Below are positions 38,192-47,361 of a DNA stretch of 47,427 nt, one piece after another. Numbering within the stretch: position 1 is the first letter of the stretch; every line of letters begins with the position of its first letter. The stretch is from Candidatus Aenigmatarchaeota archaeon (GTDB taxonomy: Archaea; Aenigmatarchaeota; Aenigmatarchaeia; GW2011-AR5): positions 1-47,427 of the forward strand of contig JAZDNV010000009.1 of the NCBI GenBank assembly GCA_043799385.1. The letters run 5' to 3'. The translations under genes and the position numbers were made by a program. Below the pieces are notes generated by a model. The model was not told the origin of the DNA. It did no database searches and saw nothing but the letters and a program-made list of their open reading frames with translations.

Positions 38192-38231
38192 TGGGGATTA
38201 ATTTTTTAAACAATAGAGCGAATCTATTTTT

Positions 38232-38603
38232 ATGAAGAAAATAAAGGTTCTGGCAGGCGGCTGCTTCAACAAGATTCATGAAGGCCATATCTATTTTCTG
38301 AACAGAGCTAAATCATTCGGTTTTCTTACCGTTGTTCTTGCAAATGACAGGAATAATAAAAAGCGATACGCACTGCCAGCGAAGCAGAGGAAGGAAAACC
38401 TCAAAAAATTGAAAATTGCTGACAGGATAATAGTCGGCGATGAAAATGATTACATGAAAACCGTCGACAGAGTAAAGCCGGATATAATAGTCCTGGGTTA
38501 CGACCAGAAACTAGGCAAAGGAATTGAGGACAAACTGAAAGGCATAGCAATAGTCAGGTTGACAAAATTCGGCGAATACAGCACTAGAGCTTTAAAGCGC
38601 TGA
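38232..38603 (+). CDS. Cytidylyltransferase-family nucleotidyltransferase (RibL/FAD synthase-like)
   Basis: GGCFNKIHEGH (HxGH), KPDIIVLGYDQ and YSTR motifs. Confidence 0.8.
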   Translation: MKKIKVLAGGCFNKIHEGHIYFLNRAKSFGFLTVVLANDRNNKKRYALPAKQRKENLKKLKIADRIIVGDENDYMKTVDRVKPDIIVLGYDQKLGKGIEDKLKGIAIVRLTKFGEYSTRALKR

Positions 38604-39177
38604 TTATCTCTTTTTTCGTCACAGGACCTCTTCTCAGTATTTTTCTGCTGCCTGCATCAAAGACTGTTGTCGGTTTATTTTTTGGCAACGTGCCTGCATC
38701 AATTATTAAATCCACATTATTAGAGAATAATTTTATAACTTCCTCGATACTATATATCGGTTTATTCCCTGAAAGGTTTGCAGACGTAGCAGTAATCGGC
38801 TTACCGAAGCTTGTTGCAAGCTTAACAGAAAAATTGTGGCTAGGTATGCGAAATCCGACCGTTTCCTTGCTCAGCGAATCCGGAAGGTTTTTCTTCTTCA
38901 CAACCAGCGTCAACGGCCCTGGCATCAACCGCTCTGCTATTTTTTTTGCATCATCGCTCAGAAACGCATACTTTTCTGCCATCCTGATGGAAGAGACTAT
39001 TATCGGTATCGCCTTGCCGCTACGCTTCTTTACAGAAAAAATCCTTTTTACCGCTTTTTCATTAGTCGCGTCACAGCCGATACCATAAGAAGACTCGGAT
39101 GGATATATGACCAAACCGCCTTTCTTCAGTATTTTCACTGCCTCGTCTATGGCTCGTCTGCCTGCTTTTATGATCAT
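38584..39177 (-). CDS. sua5: Threonylcarbamoyl-AMP synthase (TsaC/YrdC domain only)
   Basis: GGLVIYPSESSYGIG, KKR, PGPLT, GFRIP and TATSANLSG motifs. Confidence 0.92.
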   Translation of the reverse strand: MIIKAGRRAIDEAVKILKKGGLVIYPSESSYGIGCDATNEKAVKRIFSVKKRSGKAIPIIVSSIRMAEKYAFLSDDAKKIAERLMPGPLTLVVKKKNLPDSLSKETVGFRIPSHNFSVKLATSFGKPITATSANLSGNKPIYSIEEVIKLFSNNVDLIIDAGTLPKNKPTTVFDAGSRKILRRGPVTKKEIISALKL

Positions 39178-39209
39178 ATGATAATTTCAATGAAAAACCT
39201 ATTAAAGAA

Positions 39210-39956
39210 TTATCTCTTCACGCTTTTGTAGAATCCGACGATTGCAGCGTAGATGAATAGCGTTGAATACGTTGAGATAATTATTTCAAAAATGTAGTAT
39301 GAGATGCCTGTATAATCGTATGCTCCTGCAAATATAGGAAGCGCTGAGCTTATCAGTGACAATACCATAACCACTGCAAATGAGAAAAACAGGAACGCAA
39401 ACGCGTTCAGTTTACACCTTTTCACGGTTTTGTATGATTTTTTTATTGCATCGACTGGCTTTGCTTTTCCAAGAACTACAAAAGCCTGTGAAAGGAACGT
39501 GAAGAATGTAAGCACCAGCGTGACTATTGCTGCCAACATTAGCATGGCTATAACTAATGAAGGAGCATATGATGATGCGGAAATAAAAACAGCTGTACTT
39601 ACAGTAATCGGGAGGAAGATTATCACAGATAAAATCATGGTATTTACCAGTAATGGCAGGAATCTCTTCTTTGCCACAGCAAAACTCTTCTTCAGCGGAT
39701 GGCGCTTTGGAAAGTACGAGGCATTATCAACATAAAGCCCTACCAGAAGCGTTGACAGCAAAAAGCTTATTATTAACAATATTAATGTCGTTAAAAATCC
39801 GGTGCCTGTGAAGCCTGAAAACATGTAGGCATATTCAATCTGCATGAGCGTAACGGAAGGGATTGTGAGCAATAAACTCACTATGAACAACGGAAGAAAT
39901 GTTTTAAGGTCCAGCGGATACTTCAGAGCATTTCGAAATATCCTTCCAAAGTCCAT
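39210..39956 (-). CDS. Polytopic membrane protein of unknown function
   Basis: About six hydrophobic segments; likely start ATG 39956 (MDFGRIF). Confidence 0.7.
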   Translation of the reverse strand: MDFGRIFRNALKYPLDLKTFLPLFIVSLLLTIPSVTLMQIEYAYMFSGFTGTGFLTTLILLIISFLLSTLLVGLYVDNASYFPKRHPLKKSFAVAKKRFLPLLVNTMILSVIIFLPITVSTAVFISASSYAPSLVIAMLMLAAIVTLVLTFFTFLSQAFVVLGKAKPVDAIKKSYKTVKRCKLNAFAFLFFSFAVVMVLSLISSALPIFAGAYDYTGISYYIFEIIISTYSTLFIYAAIVGFYKSVKR

Positions 39957-39990
39957 ATTTTTATCTTGTTTTGCCCTGTTTAAATAATTG

Positions 39991-41214
39991 CTAGAGGATT
40001 GAGCCATAACCTATAAGGTGCCAGCGTCCGGAAACCTGCCTAGATATTGAGATTTTATCACCCTTTTCTGCGCATACAGGCAGTTTCAGCCTAATAACAA
40101 CAACATTTTTGCTGGAAGATTCAACCAGGCCGATCGTTTTTGCTATCGCCACGGTCATCATGAGACTATCGCCAGTTCTTATATGCTCCACTTTCTGGAA
40201 ACCGTTAACACCCAACACATGGTCGAATAACTCGACCTTGATTTTTATCTCGTCCTTGATTTCAGGCAGCGAACCAGCCAAACCGACGATGTTTCCGGCA
40301 AGACTGTCACTCTTTGTCATTGACGGATCCAAATCAGTCTGGATTGCCAACAAACCGCCAGACGTCGCTTCGCTCAATTCATTTGAAAACTGCATCATCT
40401 TGATAATTTTTGTATGCAGCGGCGACCACTTGTCATCTTTCACTCCCGGCTTCATCTCTATCTCGTCGCCGACCTTGAATTTACCGCAGACCAGTGAACC
40501 GCCAATAATACCGCCAATTAGATTTTTTATCGCTGTTCCTGGCTTGTTAACATCGAAGCTTCTTGCAATATAAAATCTCGGGCTTTTCGTGAGATCCCTG
40601 TCCGGAGTAGTTATGGTCTTTTCTATTGCCTCTATCAGAATATCGATGTTGGTGCTGTGGATTGCGCTTATCGGTATGACTGGCGCATTTTCTGCCACAG
40701 TGCCCTTGACGAACTCTTTTATCTGCTTGTAATTCTTAATCGCTTCCTCGTTCGTTACTAAATCGACTTTGTTTTGGACTATAACTATTTTATCTATGCC
40801 TGCGATGTCCAGAACCTTCATGTGCTCGGCTGTCTGCGGCTGAGGGCATTCCTCGTTTGCAGCTATTACGAGCAAGGCGCCGTCCATTAACGCAGAGCCT
40901 GATAATACCGTTGCCATCAGCGTTTCATGACCAGGCGCATCGACAAAGCTTACCTTTCTTTTTGGAACGCAGTCTGAGAAGCATGCAGAACATTTTTTGT
41001 TTGTCGTATACATCTTGCATTTTTCGCAATAATAGAACGTGCATTCGGCATAGCCAAGCCGTATCGTTATCCCTCGTTTCATCTCTTCGCTGTGGGTATC
41101 CGACCATTTGGCAGTTAAGGCGTATACAAGAGATGTCTTGCCGTTGTCAACATGGCCGACTGTACCGATGTTTATCTCCGGCACAGTCTTGTTATCATTT
41201 TTGAAAGTTACCAC
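39991..41214 (-). CDS. eif2g: Translation initiation factor aIF2 gamma subunit (start codon uncertain)
   Basis: PEINIGTVGHVDNGKT, RGITIRLGY, DAPGHE, QNKVD and RSFDVNKPG motifs; zinc ribbon. Confidence 0.95.
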   Translation of the reverse strand: MVTFKNDNKTVPEINIGTVGHVDNGKTSLVYALTAKWSDTHSEEMKRGITIRLGYAECTFYYCEKCKMYTTNKKCSACFSDCVPKRKVSFVDAPGHETLMATVLSGSALMDGALLVIAANEECPQPQTAEHMKVLDIAGIDKIVIVQNKVDLVTNEEAIKNYKQIKEFVKGTVAENAPVIPISAIHSTNIDILIEAIEKTITTPDRDLTKSPRFYIARSFDVNKPGTAIKNLIGGIIGGSLVCGKFKVGDEIEMKPGVKDDKWSPLHTKIIKMMQFSNELSEATSGGLLAIQTDLDPSMTKSDSLAGNIVGLAGSLPEIKDEIKIKVELFDHVLGVNGFQKVEHIRTGDSLMMTVAIAKTIGLVESSSKNVVVIRLKLPVCAEKGDKISISRQVSGRWHLIGYGSIL

Positions 41215-41218
41215 CTTT

Positions 41219-41584
41219 TTATTTATTATTATCCTCTTCTTTCTTTTCCTTCTTTGCAAAAACTTCTTCCAGCGGTTTTTCAGCGATGATGACTTTGCAG
41301 TTTATCTGGACAGTGTCAGTGCTGATTGTGTTTCCGCGAACGGTTTTTTTCTTTCTGCTACCTCTCTTCTCCAGCATCAAACGCTTCTTCACGATGCCGT
41401 CGATGCTCAATTTCATCGGAAAGCCATCCTTGTCCGAGCCGCCTGTTATTTGCAATTTTGAATTGTTTAGGCCAAGGAACGTGCCGTCGAAAGCTTCGCC
41501 TATTTTTTTGCCTACCAAAGGGTTGGTTTCTTTCTCTGTCTGATAGCTCTTACCTTTGTCATTTATAACGAATTTTATTCCCAT
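41219..41584 (-). CDS. rps6e: Ribosomal protein S6e
   Basis: LVGKKIGE, ITGGSDKDGFPM and RKKKTVRGN motifs; upstream of aIF2-gamma as is usual in archaea. Confidence 0.93.
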   Translation of the reverse strand: MGIKFVINDKGKSYQTEKETNPLVGKKIGEAFDGTFLGLNNSKLQITGGSDKDGFPMKLSIDGIVKKRLMLEKRGSRKKKTVRGNTISTDTVQINCKVIIAEKPLEEVFAKKEKKEEDNNK

Positions 41585-41631
41585 AGTGGTCTTAACTTAT
41601 TTGATATAAAGATTTAAAAAAGGTTAGAAGA

Positions 41632-42399
41632 TTACTCTTCAATTCTCGGGGCGAGTATGAAACCTAACTTTAGCTTGTCCGTTACCTCGAACTGGACTTT
41701 CATCGGATAGTCAGTCGACATGAATATCTTTGCCTCCTTGGACAATTTTCTTGCCTTGAATATTTTCTTTAGGTAGTCTAGTGAATATCGCGCACGCACT
41801 GGCTCGTTTATTTCATTTATCTTCAGTATGTCAGAACCCGTAGGCAGCTCTAACTGCGTCGTTGATGAATCGCTCGTTGCCTTCATCATCAGCAGGTCCT
41901 TCCTGACGGTGAATACGATAGAATCGGCGATGAGTTCTGCATCGTCTATACCAGAATTCATTACTTCGGAATCAATAGTAAGCGAAGCGGAAAAGCCTGC
42001 CTCTAGTTTTGTCAGGTCCGGTATATCCTCCTTTGATACGTCAATCAGAGGGATGTCAAAACTTCTTGTGAACGGAGTTTGTTCCGAGTCTCTTTCAAAA
42101 ATAACCTGCAGTTTGTTTTCAACAATTTTCATTTTTAGAATATCATCTGCCTGGGCTCTTTTCAATATCTGCATAAAATTAAGCAGGTTTATGCCAAGCT
42201 TGAGGTCCTTCTCGTATATGTAGTCCTTGAATGCGTCTGCTGACAGGAAAAAATCCACTACAGCTACGACTGCACGATCGGTTGCAATCATCTCTATGCC
42301 GTCCCTTTTTATGTGCAATTCTGTCTCGTCTATCAGGTCAGAAACAACAGCCATGCTCTCCCGCAAGAGAAAAATATCATCAAGCCTTGCATTGAACAT
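41632..42399 (-). CDS. pcn: PCNA sliding clamp
   Basis: ATDRAVVAVVD, YSLDYL, DYPM and FILAPRIEE motifs. Confidence 0.95.
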   Translation of the reverse strand: MFNARLDDIFLLRESMAVVSDLIDETELHIKRDGIEMIATDRAVVAVVDFFLSADAFKDYIYEKDLKLGINLLNFMQILKRAQADDILKMKIVENKLQVIFERDSEQTPFTRSFDIPLIDVSKEDIPDLTKLEAGFSASLTIDSEVMNSGIDDAELIADSIVFTVRKDLLMMKATSDSSTTQLELPTGSDILKINEINEPVRARYSLDYLKKIFKARKLSKEAKIFMSTDYPMKVQFEVTDKLKLGFILAPRIEE

Positions 42400-42408
42400 A
42401 CGACCACA

Positions 42409-42714
42409 CTATACCTTCTCCCAAATCTTTTTATACAAATCCATATCCAGGGCGTGCATATCCTGAACTATTTCTGCTCTCAGCTCAAAACCATCTTCTA
42501 ATGGCAGAACTCGTGCAAGAACGCGAATTGCGTCACCGAGTTCGACGTTCTCGTCTGTCACGATTTCAGCTTTTCCTGAACCGTCATCGATTACGAACAA
42601 TCCATCAGACTTATCTATGACCTTGCCAAGAATCCGGATTCGCATGTCTTTCTCCGGGTTTATCTCAGAAATCTTTCGCTGGACATACGGTAGTTTCCTG
42701 TATTGAAATGCCAT
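42409..42714 (-). CDS. Small OB-fold protein (RPA14-like)
   Basis: RIRILGKVI...VIDDGSG OB-fold pattern; directly upstream of PCNA. Confidence 0.75.
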   Translation of the reverse strand: MAFQYRKLPYVQRKISEINPEKDMRIRILGKVIDKSDGLFVIDDGSGKAEIVTDENVELGDAIRVLARVLPLEDGFELRAEIVQDMHALDMDLYKKIWEKV

Positions 42715-42807
42715 AGAGAAGCTTTACCGAAAAAATATTTAAAAGAATGCTCGTTTCAACTAGCATTAGTTAAAATGGAAAATCAAAAACCAGGAAAAAT
42801 CGGTGAC

Positions 42808-42921
42808 TTACTCTCCTTCATCGTCTCCTTCGTCCCAATCTTCGTCGTCTCCTTCGTCACCATCGTCGTCTCCTTCGTCGAAGTCGTCTAGTTTCTTTAA
42901 TTCTATTTCGTTGAACTTCAT
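42808..42921 (-). CDS. Highly acidic microprotein (37 aa; not in ORF track)
   Basis: MKFNEIELKKLDDFDEGDDDGDEGDDEDWDEGDDEGE*; SD GGTGAG and BRE/TATA AAAAACCTTTAAATA upstream. Confidence 0.65.
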   Translation of the reverse strand: MKFNEIELKKLDDFDEGDDDGDEGDDEDWDEGDDEGE

Positions 42922-43023
42922 TTTCTCACCTTCAGTCTGAATTGCTATAAACTACGGACAATAATTATTTAAAGGTTTTTAGGAACGGTTTCAATTATTA
43001 TTCGCTCATGGGAATCGATAACT

Positions 43024-43392
43024 ATGTTGGATATTCTGTTGATTGCTTCGGTAATTCTGCTGTTAATTTTTATTCTTCTCTACAGCAATGCAAGGGAGAA
43101 GAATCAGGCGATGAAAATGCAGATAGATGAGTTAATCTCAAGAAAGCATAGCCTGAGCACAAAATATGGAAAAATGAGCGAGCAGTTCTTTCCTTTTCTG
43201 GAGTCATACCCGTACGACAGGGAAAAATTCAGATTCATCGGCAACCCGATAGATGGCGTGCAATTCGAAGAAGACAAAATAATCTTTGTTGAGTTCAAAA
43301 CAGCGAATTCGCAGCTAACGACACGGCAGAAAGAGATACGGGACATAGTCAAAAAAGGCCGAGTCGAGTTCGAGGAGTTCAGGATTGACTGA
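43024..43392 (+). CDS. Membrane-anchored Holliday-junction-resolvase-like PD-(D/E)XK endonuclease
   Basis: N-terminal TM; GKMSEQFFP, RFIGNPIDG, FVEFKT and QLTTRQ motifs. Confidence 0.85.
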   Translation: MLDILLIASVILLLIFILLYSNAREKNQAMKMQIDELISRKHSLSTKYGKMSEQFFPFLESYPYDREKFRFIGNPIDGVQFEEDKIIFVEFKTANSQLTTRQKEIRDIVKKGRVEFEEFRID

Positions 43393-45124
43393 GGCAAGCT
43401 TTTACAAAACCCAAGAACAAAGGCGCAGGATCGCCTAATCGCGATTTGAATTCTGGGTGAGCTTGCGTCGCTACAAAGAATCTGTGTTTTGGAATTTCTA
43501 TGAATTCCATCAGCTTTGTTCCATCGCTTCGCACATGATGACCTGGAAAAGAAAGACCGCACTTAGACAATTCGTCGATGAATTTGGGATTGACCTCATA
43601 GCGATGCCTATGTCGCTCGAGTATTATATCATCGTCTTGTGAGAGTGTGCCTAACCTGAATTTGTTTTTTTCGTCCTTTGATAGTTTTAAAATTCTTTTT
43701 GCATCTTCCCTCAACCTTCCGGTACTCTTGTATAAGTCAAGCACTTTTGAATTCTTCAGTATCGCAGCATATGCGCCTAATCTCATCGTGCCGCCGTACT
43801 GGCTCTTCTCTAAAAGCTCTTTCTGTATCGGCAATAAATCAATGACAGGGTAATTCGTTTTTTCATCTACTTCTGTCGTGTTAGCGTTATCCATTCCATG
43901 GCTTCGTGCATATTCGACGACCGCTAATTGCATGCCATAGCACAAACCAAGAAACGGGATATTATTCTCACGCGCGAATCTTATCGCTGCTATTTTTCCT
44001 TCAACGCCAGAAGAACCAAAACCTCCGGGTATTATTATGCCATCATAATTCTTTAATTTCTCTGTTCCGTTATTCTCGAAAGTTTTTGAATCAACCCAAC
44101 TGATATTGACTTTTGTATCCAACTCCGCGCCTGCGTGCTCAAGCGCCTGGTTTATTGATATGTAAGAATCCGTGAGCGTGTAATCGCCAATGTCAAGATA
44201 TTTTCCTACCATTGCGATATTTATGGTCTTGCTTGGATTTTCTATTCGTTCCACCAATCGCTCCCAGTTCCTCCAATCAGGCTTTGCTTTAGGACGTAAA
44301 TTGAATCGATTCAAAATTTTCTTTCCTAATTCCTCGTTTTCAAAATTCAAAGGAATCCGATAAATCGTTTTTACATCTGGCGCAGATATTATGTTTTCTG
44401 TTGGTATGTTCGCGTATATCTCTATCTTCTTTTTTCTTACTTCGTCCATCGGACGGATCGCGCGGCATAAAACGAAATCAGGAAAAATTCCGCTTTCGTT
44501 CAATGTCCTTATCGCCTGCTGCGTCGGCTTGGTCTTCATCTCTCCTATATTAGATGGTATCGGCAGATAGCTCACTAGAACGTTTGCAACATTCTCCTTG
44601 CCAAGCTCTATTTCCAGACTTTTCATTGCGAATAAGAAGGGAATATTCTCGTAGTCGCCAATCGTTCCGCCAATCTCCACTAGAACAAAATCATGATAAG
44701 ATGACGCACCTTGCGCGTCTTTGTATTCCGCTGCATCTTTTATCCTCCTCTTTATCTCGTTCGGTATGTGCGGTATGAATTGCACTGTCTGGCCTAAGAA
44801 CTCGCCTCTTCGCTCTTTGTCAATGACTTCTTTGTATACCTGTCCTGTGGTGATGTTATTCTTTTTTGATATATCAATGCTGAGGAACCGTTCATAGTTG
44901 CCCAAGTCCTGGTCGATTTCGCCGCCATCGTCAGTCACCCAGACCTCGCCGTGCTCGGTCGGCCGCAACGTCCCAGCGTCATAATTAATATAAGGGTCGA
45001 TTTTCACCGCAGTGACGGAAAAACCATACTCCTGTAGAATGCGCCCGATGGAAGCGGTTGTAACGCCTTTTCCGACTCCAGAAATAATCCCGCCTGTTAT
45101 TACAATGACTCTGAATTGTGACAC
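43379..45124 (-). CDS. pyrG: CTP synthase
   Basis: TGGIISGVGKG, KIDPYIN, HGEV, KTKPTQ, GLCYGMQ, ERHRHRYE and QAHPE motifs. Confidence 0.97.
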   Translation of the reverse strand: MSQFRVIVITGGIISGVGKGVTTASIGRILQEYGFSVTAVKIDPYINYDAGTLRPTEHGEVWVTDDGGEIDQDLGNYERFLSIDISKKNNITTGQVYKEVIDKERRGEFLGQTVQFIPHIPNEIKRRIKDAAEYKDAQGASSYHDFVLVEIGGTIGDYENIPFLFAMKSLEIELGKENVANVLVSYLPIPSNIGEMKTKPTQQAIRTLNESGIFPDFVLCRAIRPMDEVRKKKIEIYANIPTENIISAPDVKTIYRIPLNFENEELGKKILNRFNLRPKAKPDWRNWERLVERIENPSKTINIAMVGKYLDIGDYTLTDSYISINQALEHAGAELDTKVNISWVDSKTFENNGTEKLKNYDGIIIPGGFGSSGVEGKIAAIRFARENNIPFLGLCYGMQLAVVEYARSHGMDNANTTEVDEKTNYPVIDLLPIQKELLEKSQYGGTMRLGAYAAILKNSKVLDLYKSTGRLREDAKRILKLSKDEKNKFRLGTLSQDDDIILERHRHRYEVNPKFIDELSKCGLSFPGHHVRSDGTKLMEFIEIPKHRFFVATQAHPEFKSRLGDPAPLFLGFVKACLSQS

Positions 45125-45173
45125 TTTACAATTACGGGGTAAAGGTTAAATAGGTTTTAGAAATAGTTTCGGT

Positions 45174-46187
45174 ATGAGCATCGAACACAGGATAATGTTC
45201 CAGAAAGATGTAAACGATTATTTTAGACAAGTTCCTGAAGAAGATTTTTTGATGTACAACGGCAGCTTAGTCATAGATATTCCAGAGAATTATCCTCTTT
45301 ATGCTGATGTATCAAACTTCGATACATGGATAGTAAAGGTTGGCACAAATATCATAACGCATTCAGATAGAAGGAGGATGCACTATACCATGCGTTGCAT
45401 CTCGGAGGAATTGAAATGGCTTAAACATAATGGAAAAAATGTTCTACTAGTGACTTCAGGTGCAATAGGACTTGGCAGAAAATTGAGGCAGAGATACGGT
45501 GAAATAATTCCAGAAGAAGAGAAAGATTTGCCAAAACAGAAACAAAGAGACTCAGAGTTTGGGCAACCTTTATTGTACGCACTGTGGGAATCCAATCTAT
45601 CTTTCTATTCGCAAAGGGCGGTAGAATCTTTAGTAGTGAATGAAGATTTTGCAAATAATAGAGAGAAAGCAAAATTAATGAGCTCTTATAAAGGATTTTT
45701 GTCTGATGGTTTCATTCCTGTCATCAACGAAGACGATAAGAGGACTCTAGCAGAAATCGAAACAGAACTAAAAGGTGAGAAAATGTTCAGAGACAACGAT
45801 GGCCTCTCAAGCCTTATTGCCCAATATCTTTCAATAGACGGTCATAAAGTAATATTAACTATGCTTACAGATACGGATGGAATTTTAGCAACTGATGAAT
45901 TGAAAAAATCTATCAACGAACCGATAAGAATCGTTGGGAATTTCGATGGAATAGAAAAATATGTCCTTGCTGAAAAATCGGGTAAAACCAGAGGCGGTAT
46001 GCTATCAAAAATAGATGCAGCAAGTAAAGCCAAATCATCTGGCGCTTACGTTGTAATAGCAAACGGCATGTACTGTAACCATGACGGCAATTATCAGAGA
46101 GGTTGCGGAGAAAGAAAATTCTATCCAATAAGAGCGATTGCCGAAGGCAAGGTCGTTGGAACCAGATGCCTGCCAAATGGATACTAG
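45174..46187 (+). CDS. proB: Glutamate 5-kinase-like protein (divergent, no PUA domain)
   Basis: IVKVGT, LVTSGAIGLG, IPVINEDD, DND, LTDTDG and GGMLSKI motifs. Confidence 0.7.
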   Translation: MSIEHRIMFQKDVNDYFRQVPEEDFLMYNGSLVIDIPENYPLYADVSNFDTWIVKVGTNIITHSDRRRMHYTMRCISEELKWLKHNGKNVLLVTSGAIGLGRKLRQRYGEIIPEEEKDLPKQKQRDSEFGQPLLYALWESNLSFYSQRAVESLVVNEDFANNREKAKLMSSYKGFLSDGFIPVINEDDKRTLAEIETELKGEKMFRDNDGLSSLIAQYLSIDGHKVILTMLTDTDGILATDELKKSINEPIRIVGNFDGIEKYVLAEKSGKTRGGMLSKIDAASKAKSSGAYVVIANGMYCNHDGNYQRGCGERKFYPIRAIAEGKVVGTRCLPNGY

Positions 46188-46201
46188 CAAAGACTTTATA
46201 A

Positions 46202-46960
46202 TCAGACTAGCATGTATCCGACTGCTTCAGTAATATTATATACTTCTTTCGTCTCCATGCCGAACTGCATCGTGTAGTTGTTCAGGTCGACTGTTCTTGG
46301 AATATAATTTATCGTCTGATATATGAACCTGCCTATTCTTCTTTGCTCGACGTTCTGCTCATAATAAGTAAATCTGAGCTGGCCTTTTGGCACAAGGAAT
46401 ACTGTTATATTCTGATCTGCAGCTGCCTTGGCTTTTTCAATGACTCCGCCTATCTGGCCTATATGACCATCCGCCTCAATCGTACCTGTTATCGCTGTTT
46501 TATTATTTACAGTTTTGCCTTCTATCGCTGCTACGACTGCTGTTGTCATCGCCGCTCCGGCAGAAGGACCGCCAAGAACCTGTCCTGGCATGTTGAATGA
46601 CAATATCACGTCTCTGTCCTTCAGGCTTTTGCCTGTTGTTTCCTGTGCGACAGCGACTGCTGTCTCTGCCGAGAATTGCGTATCTGGCTCCAAGAACGGA
46701 TTGGTATTCATCAGAACACGACCTTTGCCAGGCCGGATTTCTATATCAACTGAGCCGAGAATGCCTTCCCCGCCCTCGCCTTTGACTGCAACGACGTTGG
46801 ACGATGCGTACATTACTTCCTGTGCTACAGGTTCGAGCTCATTTTTCTCGCTAGCAAATAATGTTGTCGATGATACAAAAACAGCAGAAGCCAGAATAAA
46901 GCCTAACAAGAAGAATATTACATAATTGAAATAGACAAGATTGCTTTTCTTCCTTGCCAT
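46202..46960 (-). CDS. Second membrane-anchored S16 (Lon-type) protease
   Basis: GGPSAGAAM and ITGTIEADGHIGQIGGVIEKAKAA motifs; N-terminal TM; likely start ATG 46960. Confidence 0.88.
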   Translation of the reverse strand: MARKKSNLVYFNYVIFFLLGFILASAVFVSSTTLFASEKNELEPVAQEVMYASSNVVAVKGEGGEGILGSVDIEIRPGKGRVLMNTNPFLEPDTQFSAETAVAVAQETTGKSLKDRDVILSFNMPGQVLGGPSAGAAMTTAVVAAIEGKTVNNKTAITGTIEADGHIGQIGGVIEKAKAAADQNITVFLVPKGQLRFTYYEQNVEQRRIGRFIYQTINYIPRTVDLNNYTMQFGMETKEVYNITEAVGYMLV

Positions 46961-47010
46961 GCACGAAACTTTGTTCAAAGCTTTTTTAAGCCTGTTGAGA
47001 AAGTAGGAAA

Positions 47011-47361
47011 ATGAAAAAAGTGAAAATCAGGATTGGCGGAAAAACGATAAATGCAGAGGTCGCCAATACGCTCTTCGAGAAAGCCAAAGGTCTGATGCTC
47101 AGGAAAAGCGCCAAAGGAGGCATGCTTTTCATTTTCGATGAAGAACGAAAACACGAGTTCTGGGTGTTCGGCATGCTTATTCCAATCGACATGGTATTCA
47201 TAGACAAAAATAAAAATGTCGTTGATATTTTCAGAAACATAAAGCCAGGATTAAAGTTCTACAGACCGAGAGAAAAGGCGATGTACGTTCTTGAAGTAAA
47301 GTCAAATTCTTCGAAGCGAATAAAAATCGGCTCAAGGGTGGTCTTCAATGAACTTCGATGA
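47011..47361 (+). CDS. DUF192-family protein
   Basis: EVA......KGLM.R, GMLF, FW, PIDMVF and YVLEV motifs. Confidence 0.88.
   Translation: MKKVKIRIGGKTINAEVANTLFEKAKGLMLRKSAKGGMLFIFDEERKHEFWVFGMLIPIDMVFIDKNKNVVDIFRNIKPGLKFYRPREKAMYVLEVKSNSSKRIKIGSRVVFNELR

Noticed and set aside
42071..42090. Short PCNA insertion (DSEQTPF) as another coding palindrome
   Set aside because: Only a 4-5 bp stem (CGGA/TCCG) with no similarity to the element cores; too weak to claim.
42703..42891. 62-aa plus-strand ORF with hydrophobic VSF repeats
   Set aside because: Antisense reading of the acidic peptide repeats; SD and promoter support the minus-strand ORF.
286..47240. The many 60-200 aa ORFs antisense or off-frame to recognised genes
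   Set aside because: They overlap well-supported CDSs and show no family motifs; treated as shadow ORFs.
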